NCBI GenBank assembly: GCA_035562735.1
Contig: DATMWB010000003.1
Span: 44,232-108,231, forward strand
Direction of reading: 5' to 3'
Origin: Candidatus Methanoperedens sp.
Lineage (GTDB): Bacteria > Patescibacteriota > Microgenomatia > UBA12405
Length of the DNA stretch: 64,000 bases
Shown: positions 10,095-19,469 of the stretch, piece after piece
Numbering within the stretch: the stretch's first letter is position 1
How the letters are laid out: every line of letters begins with the position of its first letter
Notes under the pieces: model-generated
What the model was told of the DNA's origin: nothing
Seen by the model: the letters and a program-made list of their open reading frames with translations, nothing else
Database searches by the model: none
Made by a program: the position numbers and the translations under genes

Positions 10095-12230
10095 ATGCCT
10101 CGAGGACGCAAGAAAAATCGAATTTTACCAACACTTAAATTAAAGCCAGATACTGTCAAGTCAATTTTCTTTATCTTTTTTCTAATATTAGCCATACTTT
10201 CCGTATTTTCGTTTCTTCAACAGGGGACCGTTGCTACAGATGTAAACCTTGCTTTAACTAAATTTTTTGGTTGGGGGGCGGTTATGGTTCCTTTTTTACT
10301 GCTTCTAATTTCATTTCTCTTTACCAAAGTAAAATCACCGTTACGTGAGGCAAATGTATTTTTTGGTTTCTCCATAATGTTTTTTGCTCTATTGGGCCTT
10401 TTCAAGCAAGGTTTCGTCGGTTTGTTTTTTTGGGAACAGTTTCTTGCCCTTTTTTCTGAAGCACCGACATTCATAATTTTCTTTTTCGCTCTCATAGTCG
10501 GTTTTGTTGTTCTATTTGATACTAATATTGCCCAAGTTATCAAATTTATTGCTAATGTCTTCAATACAATACGCAAGTATTCTGTTGGCCAAGCAGTCAA
10601 ATTAAAAGAGAAAAAAATTGCCAAAGAATCAGCCAAGAATCCTCTTTATCAATCAGAAATGAATTCAGAAAATTCTGACCCCTTTGCCACAAAGGAAAAG
10701 GATTATGCCAAATCGAGTTCAAAAACAGACTTGGCAGTAGTCGATATTGCCCCAGTTTTTAAAACCACTTCACCCCTTACCTCAACTGGTAATCAGACCT
10801 GGGTTTACCCTTCAATGTCTCTTTTTGATGATACCCCCGGTGCCAAAGCAGATAGAGGTGATGTCCGAAAGAATGCTCAAATTATTGAGCAAACACTTGA
10901 TTCTTTTGGAATAACTGCCCGTGTAGCCGAAGTCAACAATAGTCCTTCTGTTACCCAATACGCCCTTGAAGTCGCTCTCGGTACCAAGCTTGCAAAAATT
11001 TTATCCCTCAGTAACGATTTAGCCATGGCGCTAGCAGCACCAGGTGGACAAATTAGAGTTGAGGCCCCAATTCCAGGACGTTCTTTGGTTGGTATTGAAA
11101 TGCCAAATCGTTCTTTGGAAGTGGTTCCAATTCGAACAATTCTAGAATCTGAAGCCATGAAAAATGCCAAGAGTAAAATATCTGTTCCCTTGGGTCTTGA
11201 TGTTGCCGGCCAACCAAAAGTTGCCGATATTTCCAAGATGCCTCATGTCTTGATTGCTGGTCAAACTGGTTCCGGTAAATCTATTTGTATCAATTCTTGG
11301 ATTTCAACAGTTTTATTCCGTGCTTCCCCCGACGAAGTTAGACTAATTATGGTCGATCCTAAGCGTGTCGAATTATCGGGCTATAATGGCATTCCCCATC
11401 TTCTAACTCCGGTTATTGTCGAACCAGAAAAAGTAGTCTCTGCCTTAAAATGGGCTGTCAATGAAATGGAACGTCGTTATAAAATGTTTACCGAAGTTGG
11501 TGCCAAAAACATTGAGGGTTACAACAATTTATCCGGCTTTCAGTCCATTCCTTACATTCTTATTGTCATTGATGAGTTAGCCGAAATTATGCTTTTCTCG
11601 CCTGCCGAAGTAGAAGACAATATTTGTCGTATTGCTCAAATGGCTCGTGCCACCGGTATTCACTTAGTACTAGCTACGCAGCGACCTTCAGTCAACATTA
11701 TTACTGGTTTAATCAAAGCCAACATTCCAACAAGAATAGCCTTTGCTGTTGCCTCTATGACTGATTCACGGGTTGTTCTTGATACCCCAGGGGCTGAAAA
11801 ATTATTAGGTCGGGGTGACATGCTTTACATCCCACCTGATTTAGCCAAGCCTGTTCGTGTCCAAGGTTGTTTTATTTCAGACAAGGAAGTAAATCGTTTA
11901 ATAGACTTTCTAAAGACTCAACGTACCGGTGAGTACAATGACGAAATTACTCGACAACCAGTAAATAGTCCCACTTCAATGAGCAAAAATGTAATGGTTT
12001 CCGATGGAGAAGAACGTGATTCCATGTTTGAGGACGCCATAAAACTTATCCAAGAAACCGGAAAAGCGTCAGCTTCACTATTACAACGCCGTCTTAAACT
12101 AGGTTATGCCCGCGCCGCCAGAGTCCTTGATGAATTGGAAAAAGCCGGAATAGTCGGCCCAGTCAATGGCGCCAAACCAAGAGAAATATTAATCGATCAC
12201 AGATCACCTTCTGATAATAATCTAGAATAA
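10095..12230 (+). CDS. ftsK: DNA translocase FtsK/SpoIIIE
   Basis: N-terminal TMs, MPHVLIAGQTGSGKS, DPKRVEL, ATQRPS, gamma domain SASLLQRRLKLGYARAAR. Confidence 0.97.
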   Translation: MPRGRKKNRILPTLKLKPDTVKSIFFIFFLILAILSVFSFLQQGTVATDVNLALTKFFGWGAVMVPFLLLLISFLFTKVKSPLREANVFFGFSIMFFALLGLFKQGFVGLFFWEQFLALFSEAPTFIIFFFALIVGFVVLFDTNIAQVIKFIANVFNTIRKYSVGQAVKLKEKKIAKESAKNPLYQSEMNSENSDPFATKEKDYAKSSSKTDLAVVDIAPVFKTTSPLTSTGNQTWVYPSMSLFDDTPGAKADRGDVRKNAQIIEQTLDSFGITARVAEVNNSPSVTQYALEVALGTKLAKILSLSNDLAMALAAPGGQIRVEAPIPGRSLVGIEMPNRSLEVVPIRTILESEAMKNAKSKISVPLGLDVAGQPKVADISKMPHVLIAGQTGSGKSICINSWISTVLFRASPDEVRLIMVDPKRVELSGYNGIPHLLTPVIVEPEKVVSALKWAVNEMERRYKMFTEVGAKNIEGYNNLSGFQSIPYILIVIDELAEIMLFSPAEVEDNICRIAQMARATGIHLVLATQRPSVNIITGLIKANIPTRIAFAVASMTDSRVVLDTPGAEKLLGRGDMLYIPPDLAKPVRVQGCFISDKEVNRLIDFLKTQRTGEYNDEITRQPVNSPTSMSKNVMVSDGEERDSMFEDAIKLIQETGKASASLLQRRLKLGYARAARVLDELEKAGIVGPVNGAKPREILIDHRSPSDNNLE

Positions 12231-12238
12231 AAATTCCT

Positions 12239-12835
12239 ATGAAGCGCGCCTCAACCATATTAGAATCTGCCCGCCTAGATAGAGAACTTGATTTTACAGA
12301 GATTAGTAAAAAGACAAAGATACCGCTTAGATACCTGATTGCCTTTGAAAATGAAAACACTTCAGATTTTCCCAGCGAGCCATATTGTTCCCTAATGGTC
12401 AAGGATTATGCTGAATTTTTGGGAATAAATGGTGAGGAGTTGCTTTCTTTATTTCGGCGTGATTACGATCGTCGACCCCAAAACACTCTTCGTCGTCGTT
12501 TTTGGTTTTCTCTCACCCCACAATTCGCCTTTACTACCTTCATAATTTTTTTGGGAATAGTTTTTACCGCTTATCTAGTAACCGAATATTTAAAATTTAA
12601 CCGCCCCCCGCAGCTAAAAATAAATTGGCCTCAAGACTTCTCTCAAAAAACTGTTGAAATATCAGGTATTACCGACCCTGAATCAACTATTAAAATAAAT
12701 GATTCTCTAGTCATTGTCGATTCTGACGGTAATTTTAAAAAAACTCTTGATATTTCTACTTCAGAAGCAAAAATTATTGTTGAAGCCAAGTCCCCAGCAG
12801 GTGTCATTAGCAAAGATGAAAAAGTTTTAAAATAG
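12239..12835 (+). CDS. RodZ-like helix-turn-helix membrane protein
   Basis: HTH ISKKTKIPLRYLIAFE...YAEFLG, one TM, Ig-like C-terminus; follows ftsK. Confidence 0.75.
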   Translation: MKRASTILESARLDRELDFTEISKKTKIPLRYLIAFENENTSDFPSEPYCSLMVKDYAEFLGINGEELLSLFRRDYDRRPQNTLRRRFWFSLTPQFAFTTFIIFLGIVFTAYLVTEYLKFNRPPQLKINWPQDFSQKTVEISGITDPESTIKINDSLVIVDSDGNFKKTLDISTSEAKIIVEAKSPAGVISKDEKVLK

Positions 12836-12849
12836 TTTATACTGAAGCT

Positions 12850-13092
12850 ATGGATATCACTCAAATTGTTGTCATTATCAGTCTTTTATCAATTTCAGTC
12901 GTCATTGTTGCCGTTGGAATTTACCTAATAAAACTTATCAAAGATCTTCGCATTACTGTAGGTCAAACCAATCAGATGATCAGTTCTGTTTCTGGACCAG
13001 TGTCTTCCATTTCTGAATTTTTAATGGGTTTTAAAAACGGCATTTCACTTTTTAATTCTTTTTTTAGTAAAGACAAAAAAGAAGAAAAATAA
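12850..13092 (+). CDS. small membrane protein (DUF948-like)
   Basis: N-terminal TM then amphipathic helix; paired with a YtxH-like gene. Confidence 0.6.
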   Translation: MDITQIVVIISLLSISVVIVAVGIYLIKLIKDLRITVGQTNQMISSVSGPVSSISEFLMGFKNGISLFNSFFSKDKKEEK

Positions 13093-13097
13093 TTTTT

Positions 13098-13529
13098 ATG
13101 TCATGTTGTAACAACAAAGAATGCAGTTGCCATCAAAATAGTAGCTTTGTATTTGGGATATTTATAGGCTTAATCATTGGTGCAGTTATTGCTATTGTTA
13201 TCTATAAAAATAATCGTGAAAAGGTCTTTGAGAATTTAAAAAAGAAACTAGAAAAAATATTTAAATCGGTTTTGGAAAGTGAAACTTTTCAAAATATTTC
13301 TACACTAAAAAGAAAAGTGGATATTAACAATTCGGCAAAAATATCCAAAAAAATAGTAAAAAAGTCTTCCTCAAAAAATAGTGCGTTGTCCAAACAAAAA
13401 AGTATGGCAAAAGAAGTACCCTCAACATCTCATAAGATTGCTGTAACTCTTCCAAAAGAATTGATTCAAAGAGAGTTTGAAGTAAAGGCACCCCCTCAAA
13501 AGATTAAACCAAGAGTTTTTAAAAAGTAG
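13098..13529 (+). CDS. YtxH-like membrane protein
   Basis: FVFGIFIGLIIGAVIA followed by a Lys-rich helical region. Confidence 0.6.
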   Translation: MSCCNNKECSCHQNSSFVFGIFIGLIIGAVIAIVIYKNNREKVFENLKKKLEKIFKSVLESETFQNISTLKRKVDINNSAKISKKIVKKSSSKNSALSKQKSMAKEVPSTSHKIAVTLPKELIQREFEVKAPPQKIKPRVFKK

Positions 13530-13537
13530 CCTATAAC

Positions 13538-13566
13538 TTGACTTAAATATCGTCGATTGTTATAAT
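13538..13566 (+). promoter_or_regulatory. sigma70-type promoter
   Basis: TTGACT-17 bp-TATAAT. Confidence 0.8.
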
Positions 13567-13572
13567 CACCTA

Positions 13573-13838
13573 ATGCAATTTTAAGCGAACCTAAGGCAAC
13601 ACGTCTTTCCGTTCGCTTTTTTTGTATCGATATTTGAATACGCATTATATGCGTATTCAAAGTACCTTAACAATCGAGAGTGAGTAAAAAATATACAAGT
13701 TTAGACTTGCACCAAGGACACAAGAAATTGCTTCCTTGATGCAAGTTTTCAAACTTGTATAAGATAAAGTCTTATCCTCCCTGTTTCTCCACCCCTAGCC
13801 AGCCTTAAAACTGGCAACCGCTCAAGGAGGCGGTAACA
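13573..13838 (+). other. long structured 5' leader or candidate ncRNA
   Basis: Successive stems 13573-13627, 13633-13661 (perfect 13 bp), 13692-13761 (GAAA loop), plus a stem overlapping the AAGGAGG SD. Confidence 0.5.
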
Positions 13839-14669
13839 ATGTTCCACCGTGTGTTTGTTTTTCTCACCGTATTGGCAATGCTCCTCGGAGCTGCTGGTTG
13901 TTCCCCCCAAAACCAAGCCAACGTTGAAGCTTGGAACACTTTGTTTTTTGGTTCAGAAATTGAACTTCAGAACCAACCACCCGAGTACAGCGAGACGCTT
14001 CTGGATGCCATCAATAAGTATATTGGCGAAAATTGTCCAATGAAAAAAGATTATGATATTGATGGTAATGGACAGATGTACACCATTTGTCGTGATTTTG
14101 AAGGTGAGGCAATCGAAGTTAAGTCAGCTGATTTCTTGGGTCTAGGTCTTGTTGGCTTGACTGCCGTCAGCCCAATTCCTGGAGATGAACTCCTTGCTGT
14201 CAAGTGGGCCTGGAACTCAGAAAAGACAATCAAGGTCATTATTGCGGTTGTCTTCACTGTTGAGGTTGCCCACACCATCAATGTTGTTTACAGCAAAACA
14301 AGCAACCCGCTTCACAACCCACATAACTCGCAGGTAGCTCGTGATTACATCAGTAGAATTTGGAACGATATCCAAATAAAGTTGAGTAATCCCAAAAATC
14401 CCACCGGACCTATACTGTATTGCGCTGTCGTCGTCTATCAAAACGGAGTTCAATATGTCCGTGTGTTGAGTACTGTTGATAACGTTACCGGGATCATGTC
14501 CTGGTATGGAAGTGAAGGATGGGTACACGCCTTTGACAACAAAGACGTCTATGGTTTTCTTAATGGCATGCCTCGTGGAGCCATTTCCTACGACGTCAGT
14601 CGTCCCCTGCAAGATTGCTTAAACGCACTTGGTAAAGGTGTCCCCGCCGCGAATCAATACGCACCCTAA
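13839..14669 (+). CDS. orphan predicted lipoprotein
   Basis: SD AAGGAGG; hydrophobic signal ending AAGC (lipobox-like); internal hydrophobic SPIPGDE segment. Confidence 0.75.
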   Translation: MFHRVFVFLTVLAMLLGAAGCSPQNQANVEAWNTLFFGSEIELQNQPPEYSETLLDAINKYIGENCPMKKDYDIDGNGQMYTICRDFEGEAIEVKSADFLGLGLVGLTAVSPIPGDELLAVKWAWNSEKTIKVIIAVVFTVEVAHTINVVYSKTSNPLHNPHNSQVARDYISRIWNDIQIKLSNPKNPTGPILYCAVVVYQNGVQYVRVLSTVDNVTGIMSWYGSEGWVHAFDNKDVYGFLNGMPRGAISYDVSRPLQDCLNALGKGVPAANQYAP

Positions 14670-14677
14670 AAACCCTA

Positions 14678-14723
14678 TGGTTGGTACTGGCTAACCCCAG
14701 TACCAACCCCCTTCGGGGGACCA
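14678..14723 (+). other. 3' stem-loops after the lipoprotein gene
   Basis: TTGGTACTGG/CCAGTACCAA stem and CCCC-TTCG-GGGG tetraloop hairpin. Confidence 0.55.
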
Positions 14724-14749
14724 CAAGCACTACTCACTCTCGATTTACA

Positions 14750-15367
14750 TTATTCCTCAACTTTTCCAAACACTTCTCTTAGTGATTCATTTACTGTCTT
14801 ATTTTGAACTTGTTCAATTAGTTGTTGTTGATAAGCTACAATTTCCCCATCGGTAATTCCACCCTTTTCCATTATTGTTTTTGCGTGTACTTCGTCTAAA
14901 ATTGATTCTCCGACCTCATCACCAATTCTACCAAGCAAGTTAATCACTATTGGTTTGATTAAAGCTTTTTGTTCCACTGTCAATTCCTCACTTGTCAATC
15001 CCTCAACAATCCACTCCGTAGTTTTATTTTGTAACTCAGCTGGAGGTTCAAAACATTTTCCCTGAGTACTCCAAACCAAAAAGGCGTCGCTAAAAGATTC
15101 TGCCAACACCATTCCCATTCCACTTCTCAATGCGACCCCGTATAAGTCTGTTTGTTCTGAAACATAATTCTCAACCGAAGCTATAACATCTAAATTATTA
15201 TCAATTCTAGCCACGCCATAGACAAATGCTAGTGATTCTACCCCCAATTTATCAATATTTCCCTTATTCATTTCCGTCACCGCTCTCACATCTTCAATTG
15301 AAGACCTTGCTCCGAGTGGTGTCACTTGCATTCCATCAAATATTGAGCGTGATTGTTCTGCAGCCAT
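14750..15367 (-). CDS. hypothetical protein
   Basis: 205 aa ORF; TACAAT 5 nt before the ATG; divergent from alaS. Confidence 0.7.
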   Translation of the reverse strand: MAAEQSRSIFDGMQVTPLGARSSIEDVRAVTEMNKGNIDKLGVESLAFVYGVARIDNNLDVIASVENYVSEQTDLYGVALRSGMGMVLAESFSDAFLVWSTQGKCFEPPAELQNKTTEWIVEGLTSEELTVEQKALIKPIVINLLGRIGDEVGESILDEVHAKTIMEKGGITDGEIVAYQQQLIEQVQNKTVNESLREVFGKVEE

Positions 15368-15403
15368 AGCTTATTGTACCGCATTTCTTGCTATAATCTC
15401 CCT

Positions 15404-17278
15404 ATGAACGCACGGGATTTGAAAAACAAATTTGTTGATTTTTTCAAAAACTATCAACATGCCGAAATTCCCAGTGCTTCAATTGTTCCCGAAAACGATC
15501 CCACCACTCTTTTCATTTCTGCTGGCATGCACCCCCTCGTTCCTTATCTCTTAGGTCAACCCCATCCTCTAGGCAAAAGGTTAGTTGATGTTCAAAAATG
15601 TATTCGTACTGGCGATATCGATGAAGTCGGTGATACCTATCATCACACTTTTTTTGAAATGCTTGGCAACTGGTCTCTTGGTGACTATTTCAAAAAAGAG
15701 ATGATTGCTTTTTCCTATGAGTTTTTAACCAACAAAAAATATCTAGGTCTTGATGTATCAAAATTAGCTTTCAGCTGTTTTGCTGGTGATCAAGACGCTC
15801 CTCGTGACGAAGAAAGTTTCAATTTTTGGCGTGAACAGGGAGTTAGTCCCAGCAGAATTGCCTATTTACCTAAAAAAAATAATTGGTGGGGTCCCGCTGG
15901 AGCTACTGGCCCCTGTGGTCCAGATACCGAAATGTTTTATTGGACAGGGGAGAGTGAAGCACCCGAAAAATTTGATGCCAATGATAGTCGTTGGTTGGAA
16001 ATTTGGAATGACGTTTTTATGCAGTACAACAAAAAAGCCAATGGTACCTTTGAAGCACTAAAAGCTCCAAACGTTGATACAGGTATGGGGGTTGAGCGAA
16101 CTACTGCAGTTTTATCGGGCTTATCGGATAATTATCAAACCTACATTTGGCAACCAATAATTCAAAAAATAGAGGAAATCTCTGGGAAAAAATATGTCGC
16201 TGCAATGAATAATCCCGTCATTGCGAGTAGCACATCCGTCATTGCGAGCGAAGCGAAGCAATCTTCTAAAAAAATCGCCACCTTATCTTCTACTTCTAAC
16301 GATGACGCCCGAAGTTTTCGCATTATCGCTGACCATATAAAGGCTGCAGTTTTTATGATTGCCGACAGTGTTGAACCCTCAAACAAAGAGCGTGGTTATG
16401 TTCTCCGTCGTCTTATTAGACGTAGTATCCGTCAAGGTAAAATTTTGGGAATAGAGCAAAATTTTTGCTCTATTATTGCCACTACTGTTTTAGACAATCA
16501 AAACAATTATGCTGGTACCTATTCCGAACTAGATTCAAACAAAAATAAAATTTTAGAGACTTTAGAGGCTGAAGAAACCAAATTTCGTCGCACTCTCAAC
16601 AAGGGTCTTAGTGAAATTACAAAATTAATTATCCGTCAAAAAAGTGTCTCCGGAAAAGAAGCTTTTGACTTATACCAATCCTTTGGTTTCCCCGTCGAAA
16701 TGATAGAGGAAGAATTAAGAAGAAACAATTTATCTTTAGATATTGCCGAGTTTAACCGTCTAAAAGAGGAACATCAAAAACTATCTCAAACTCTTTCTGC
16801 CGGAAAATTCAAGTCAGGTTTAGCTGATAATTCCGAAATTATCACCAAATATCACACTACTACCCATCTAATGCACGCCGCTCTTAGAAAAGTTTTGGGT
16901 GAGCATGTTGAACAAAGTGGTTCCAATATTACCTCAGAAAGACTTCGTTTTGATTTTTCCCATCCGCAAAAAGTTGCCGAAGATCAGCTAAAAGAAGTCG
17001 AAAAAATAGTCAATGAACAAATTAATGCCTCACTTTCCGTCACTGTGGAATCTATGAAATTTACTGATGCCCAAAAATCTGGTGCCTTAGCCTTTTTTGG
17101 CGCTAAATACCCAGAAATTGTTACTGTCTATACAGTCGGTGACCCAAAAAGTTTTTTTTCAAAGGAAGTCTGTACCGGCCCCCATGTCGATAATGTTGGG
17201 AAATTAGGTCATTTTGAAATTCAAAAAGAAGAATCCGCAGGCAGTGGCAAGCGTCGGATTTATGCTATTCTTAAGTAA
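15404..17278 (+). CDS. alaS: alanine--tRNA ligase (short form, no C-Ala domain)
   Basis: DPTTLFISAGM, HHTFFEMLGNWS, GPCGP, DTGMGVER, editing HTTTH and CTGPH; ATG 15404 follows TATAAT. Confidence 0.97.
   Translation: MNARDLKNKFVDFFKNYQHAEIPSASIVPENDPTTLFISAGMHPLVPYLLGQPHPLGKRLVDVQKCIRTGDIDEVGDTYHHTFFEMLGNWSLGDYFKKEMIAFSYEFLTNKKYLGLDVSKLAFSCFAGDQDAPRDEESFNFWREQGVSPSRIAYLPKKNNWWGPAGATGPCGPDTEMFYWTGESEAPEKFDANDSRWLEIWNDVFMQYNKKANGTFEALKAPNVDTGMGVERTTAVLSGLSDNYQTYIWQPIIQKIEEISGKKYVAAMNNPVIASSTSVIASEAKQSSKKIATLSSTSNDDARSFRIIADHIKAAVFMIADSVEPSNKERGYVLRRLIRRSIRQGKILGIEQNFCSIIATTVLDNQNNYAGTYSELDSNKNKILETLEAEETKFRRTLNKGLSEITKLIIRQKSVSGKEAFDLYQSFGFPVEMIEEELRRNNLSLDIAEFNRLKEEHQKLSQTLSAGKFKSGLADNSEIITKYHTTTHLMHAALRKVLGEHVEQSGSNITSERLRFDFSHPQKVAEDQLKEVEKIVNEQINASLSVTVESMKFTDAQKSGALAFFGAKYPEIVTVYTVGDPKSFFSKEVCTGPHVDNVGKLGHFEIQKEESAGSGKRRIYAILK
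16216..16307 (+). repeat. CGTC-type REP-like element in-frame in alaS
   Basis: CGTCATTGCGAG twice, CGAAGCAATCT, then degenerate inverted half ATCGCCAC...ACGATGACG; 16237-16264 is identical to intergenic 44497-44524. Confidence 0.85.
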
Positions 17279-19467
17279 TGGAGCTGTCCTATTATTGGCT
17301 TATTTCAATCACTACCGAAGTTGTTTCAGTGGGTCTGATAAAACGAGGTAATCCAAATACTTTGGCTGCGCTTGGTCCAGAAACCGAATGGCTTCCCGAC
17401 AATCCTGATTCATTTTTACACTCTGTTGATATTTCTTTATCAGAGGCGGCGCAAAAAGCTTCACTTGAGCCCGAACAAGAACCAGAAACAAGTGCTTTTA
17501 TCCTTCCACCAAAGTGGATCGGCAATGACGGTAAAATTTTTCCAGAATATTTAAAATTACTCGAAAACCTTTGTCGTTCTCTAAAATTAAAACCCCTTGG
17601 TTTTATCAGTAACGATGAAGCCTTCATCGAATCTCTTGGAAAAGAGGATTCATTCCCCCCAAGTTTTATTTTGGTATACCTTGGTATAAAAGAATTCTCC
17701 TTGTCCTTGGTATATCTTGGAGAAGTAAAAAAACGTTTTCATCAAGCCTTAAGTAATGATTTTACCCCTCAAGATTTAGAAAATGCTCTAGTTACTGTTC
17801 GTTTGGATTCAGCCTTACCCCCGAGAATTTTAGTCTTTGGTCATTTGGGATTAAGCATTATTGATGATTTAAAAAATTATTCTTGGATAGGTAAAAAAAA
17901 TGTTGAAACCTTTTTACATTTACCTGATGTTGAAGCCTATCAACCAGAGGAACTTTTTTCTTTGTATTGTAAAACCGTCTCCTCTCAAATTGAAAATAAA
18001 GCTCAAAATGCGTCACCCCCCCCAGTAGAAAAAGTTGATATCTCCGATAATAATCTCGAAGAGATAGCCGAGGAACCCATAGAAGAAATTGAAGAAACAG
18101 AAGAAGCTCCTAAAGACGAAAAAATATTTATCGAGGAAGATATAGAAAATTCCATAGATGAAGTTCCTGCGATGGATTTGGGTTTTTCCCAAATTACTGA
18201 CTCTGACTCTATTGTTTTGACTCCACCAACTTCTATTGATACAGACTCTTTTGCCAAGGAAAATATCGAGACTCAGTTACCCCCCTCAAAGTCCAACATA
18301 AATCTCCCTAAATTTTCCTTTCCCAAGATTTCTTTGCCAAGTTTAAAATTCAATCCTTGGTTCCTCTTTCCCTTGGCTCTTTCACCCCTACTTCTGCTCA
18401 TTCCCTACTATCTAATGAAAGCGGAAATTACGATAAATTTTACTCCAGTTGAGATAAACAAAGACTTCAATGTCACTCTTGATTCAACGGCTACTGATGT
18501 TACGACAAGTACCATTCCTGTTCTTAAAAAAACTCTTGATTTAAAGTTTTCAGAGTCTATTGCTACGACTGGTCAAAAAGAGACTGGTGACAAATCAAAA
18601 GGGGAAATTACCCTTTTTAACAAGGCTGACAAAATTCAAAATGCTCCCAAAGGCACAATACTATCTGACAACTCTGGTAAAAAATACGAACTACTCACTT
18701 CCATTCAAGTGCCCGCAAGTACCTTTGACCTCGCTGTTGGTAGTATTGCCATGGGAAAAATCAATGCCACCATAATTGCTAGTGATATTGGACCTGAGTT
18801 TGATTTAAATAAAGACACTCTTTTGTCCTTCAAAGATAACGCCAACTTACTGGCTAAAGTCAATGAAACAATTACCGGTGGAAGTCGACGTCAAATTAGA
18901 GTCGTCTCTTCCGAAGATAAAAGCAAATTAAATAAGGTCGTTACCGATTCTTTACCTACCCGCATTTCAGAAAAGGTTGACGCAGAATCTTCACTTGCTG
19001 GTCTTATGACTGGCACTCTCTTTGTCGACAAAAAACAACTCGATTTTAATCGTGAGATAGGTGAAGAGGCAGATACTCTTCAAGTAAATGCCAACTTGGT
19101 TCTTTCTTTGCTTCAAGTTGACCCCCAACAAAAAGAAAATATCCTAAAAACATTACTAGTAAATAATCAAGATGTTTTAAAATCTATTTCCTCACCCGCT
19201 GATTTTTCTTTTACTTTTAACGCCACCCAAAACACCTCATTAAAATCAACCGGAAAGTTGACCATAACAGGTAAGACACTTCCCAAAATTGATACTGAAA
19301 GCCTCCGTTCACGCTTAGTTGGGAAAAGTATCACTGACGCCTTGAGCATTGTAGATTCACAGTCCCGAGTTTATGATAGGGACATAAAGATAATTCCTTC
19401 CCCTTTCAAATTTCTCAAGCGTTTACCCCCATCTCGAGATAAAATTACCATTATCCAAAAATTTTAA
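17278..19467 (+). CDS. bitopic membrane protein with extracellular baseplate-J-like domain
   Basis: Cytoplasmic N-domain, acidic linker, one TM, then TGQKETGDKSKGEITLFN...KGTIL...ASDIGPEFDL; coupled to alaS by TAATG. Confidence 0.55.
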   Translation: MELSYYWLISITTEVVSVGLIKRGNPNTLAALGPETEWLPDNPDSFLHSVDISLSEAAQKASLEPEQEPETSAFILPPKWIGNDGKIFPEYLKLLENLCRSLKLKPLGFISNDEAFIESLGKEDSFPPSFILVYLGIKEFSLSLVYLGEVKKRFHQALSNDFTPQDLENALVTVRLDSALPPRILVFGHLGLSIIDDLKNYSWIGKKNVETFLHLPDVEAYQPEELFSLYCKTVSSQIENKAQNASPPPVEKVDISDNNLEEIAEEPIEEIEETEEAPKDEKIFIEEDIENSIDEVPAMDLGFSQITDSDSIVLTPPTSIDTDSFAKENIETQLPPSKSNINLPKFSFPKISLPSLKFNPWFLFPLALSPLLLLIPYYLMKAEITINFTPVEINKDFNVTLDSTATDVTTSTIPVLKKTLDLKFSESIATTGQKETGDKSKGEITLFNKADKIQNAPKGTILSDNSGKKYELLTSIQVPASTFDLAVGSIAMGKINATIIASDIGPEFDLNKDTLLSFKDNANLLAKVNETITGGSRRQIRVVSSEDKSKLNKVVTDSLPTRISEKVDAESSLAGLMTGTLFVDKKQLDFNREIGEEADTLQVNANLVLSLLQVDPQQKENILKTLLVNNQDVLKSISSPADFSFTFNATQNTSLKSTGKLTITGKTLPKIDTESLRSRLVGKSITDALSIVDSQSRVYDRDIKIIPSPFKFLKRLPPSRDKITIIQKF

Positions 19468-19469
19468 TC

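Noticed and set aside
13692-13761. Long hairpin as SRP RNA, 6S RNA or tRNA
   Set aside because: No SRP helix-8 motif or cloverleaf, and too short for 6S; kept only as an unassigned structure
15404-17278. alaS as a pseudogene because it is short
   Set aside because: Catalytic and editing motifs are intact, the frame is open, and it is coupled to the next gene; short AlaRS forms lacking C-Ala are known
17278-19467. Prophage or contractile injection system
   Set aside because: No sheath, tube, spike, terminase or integrase genes; the gene is embedded among housekeeping genes
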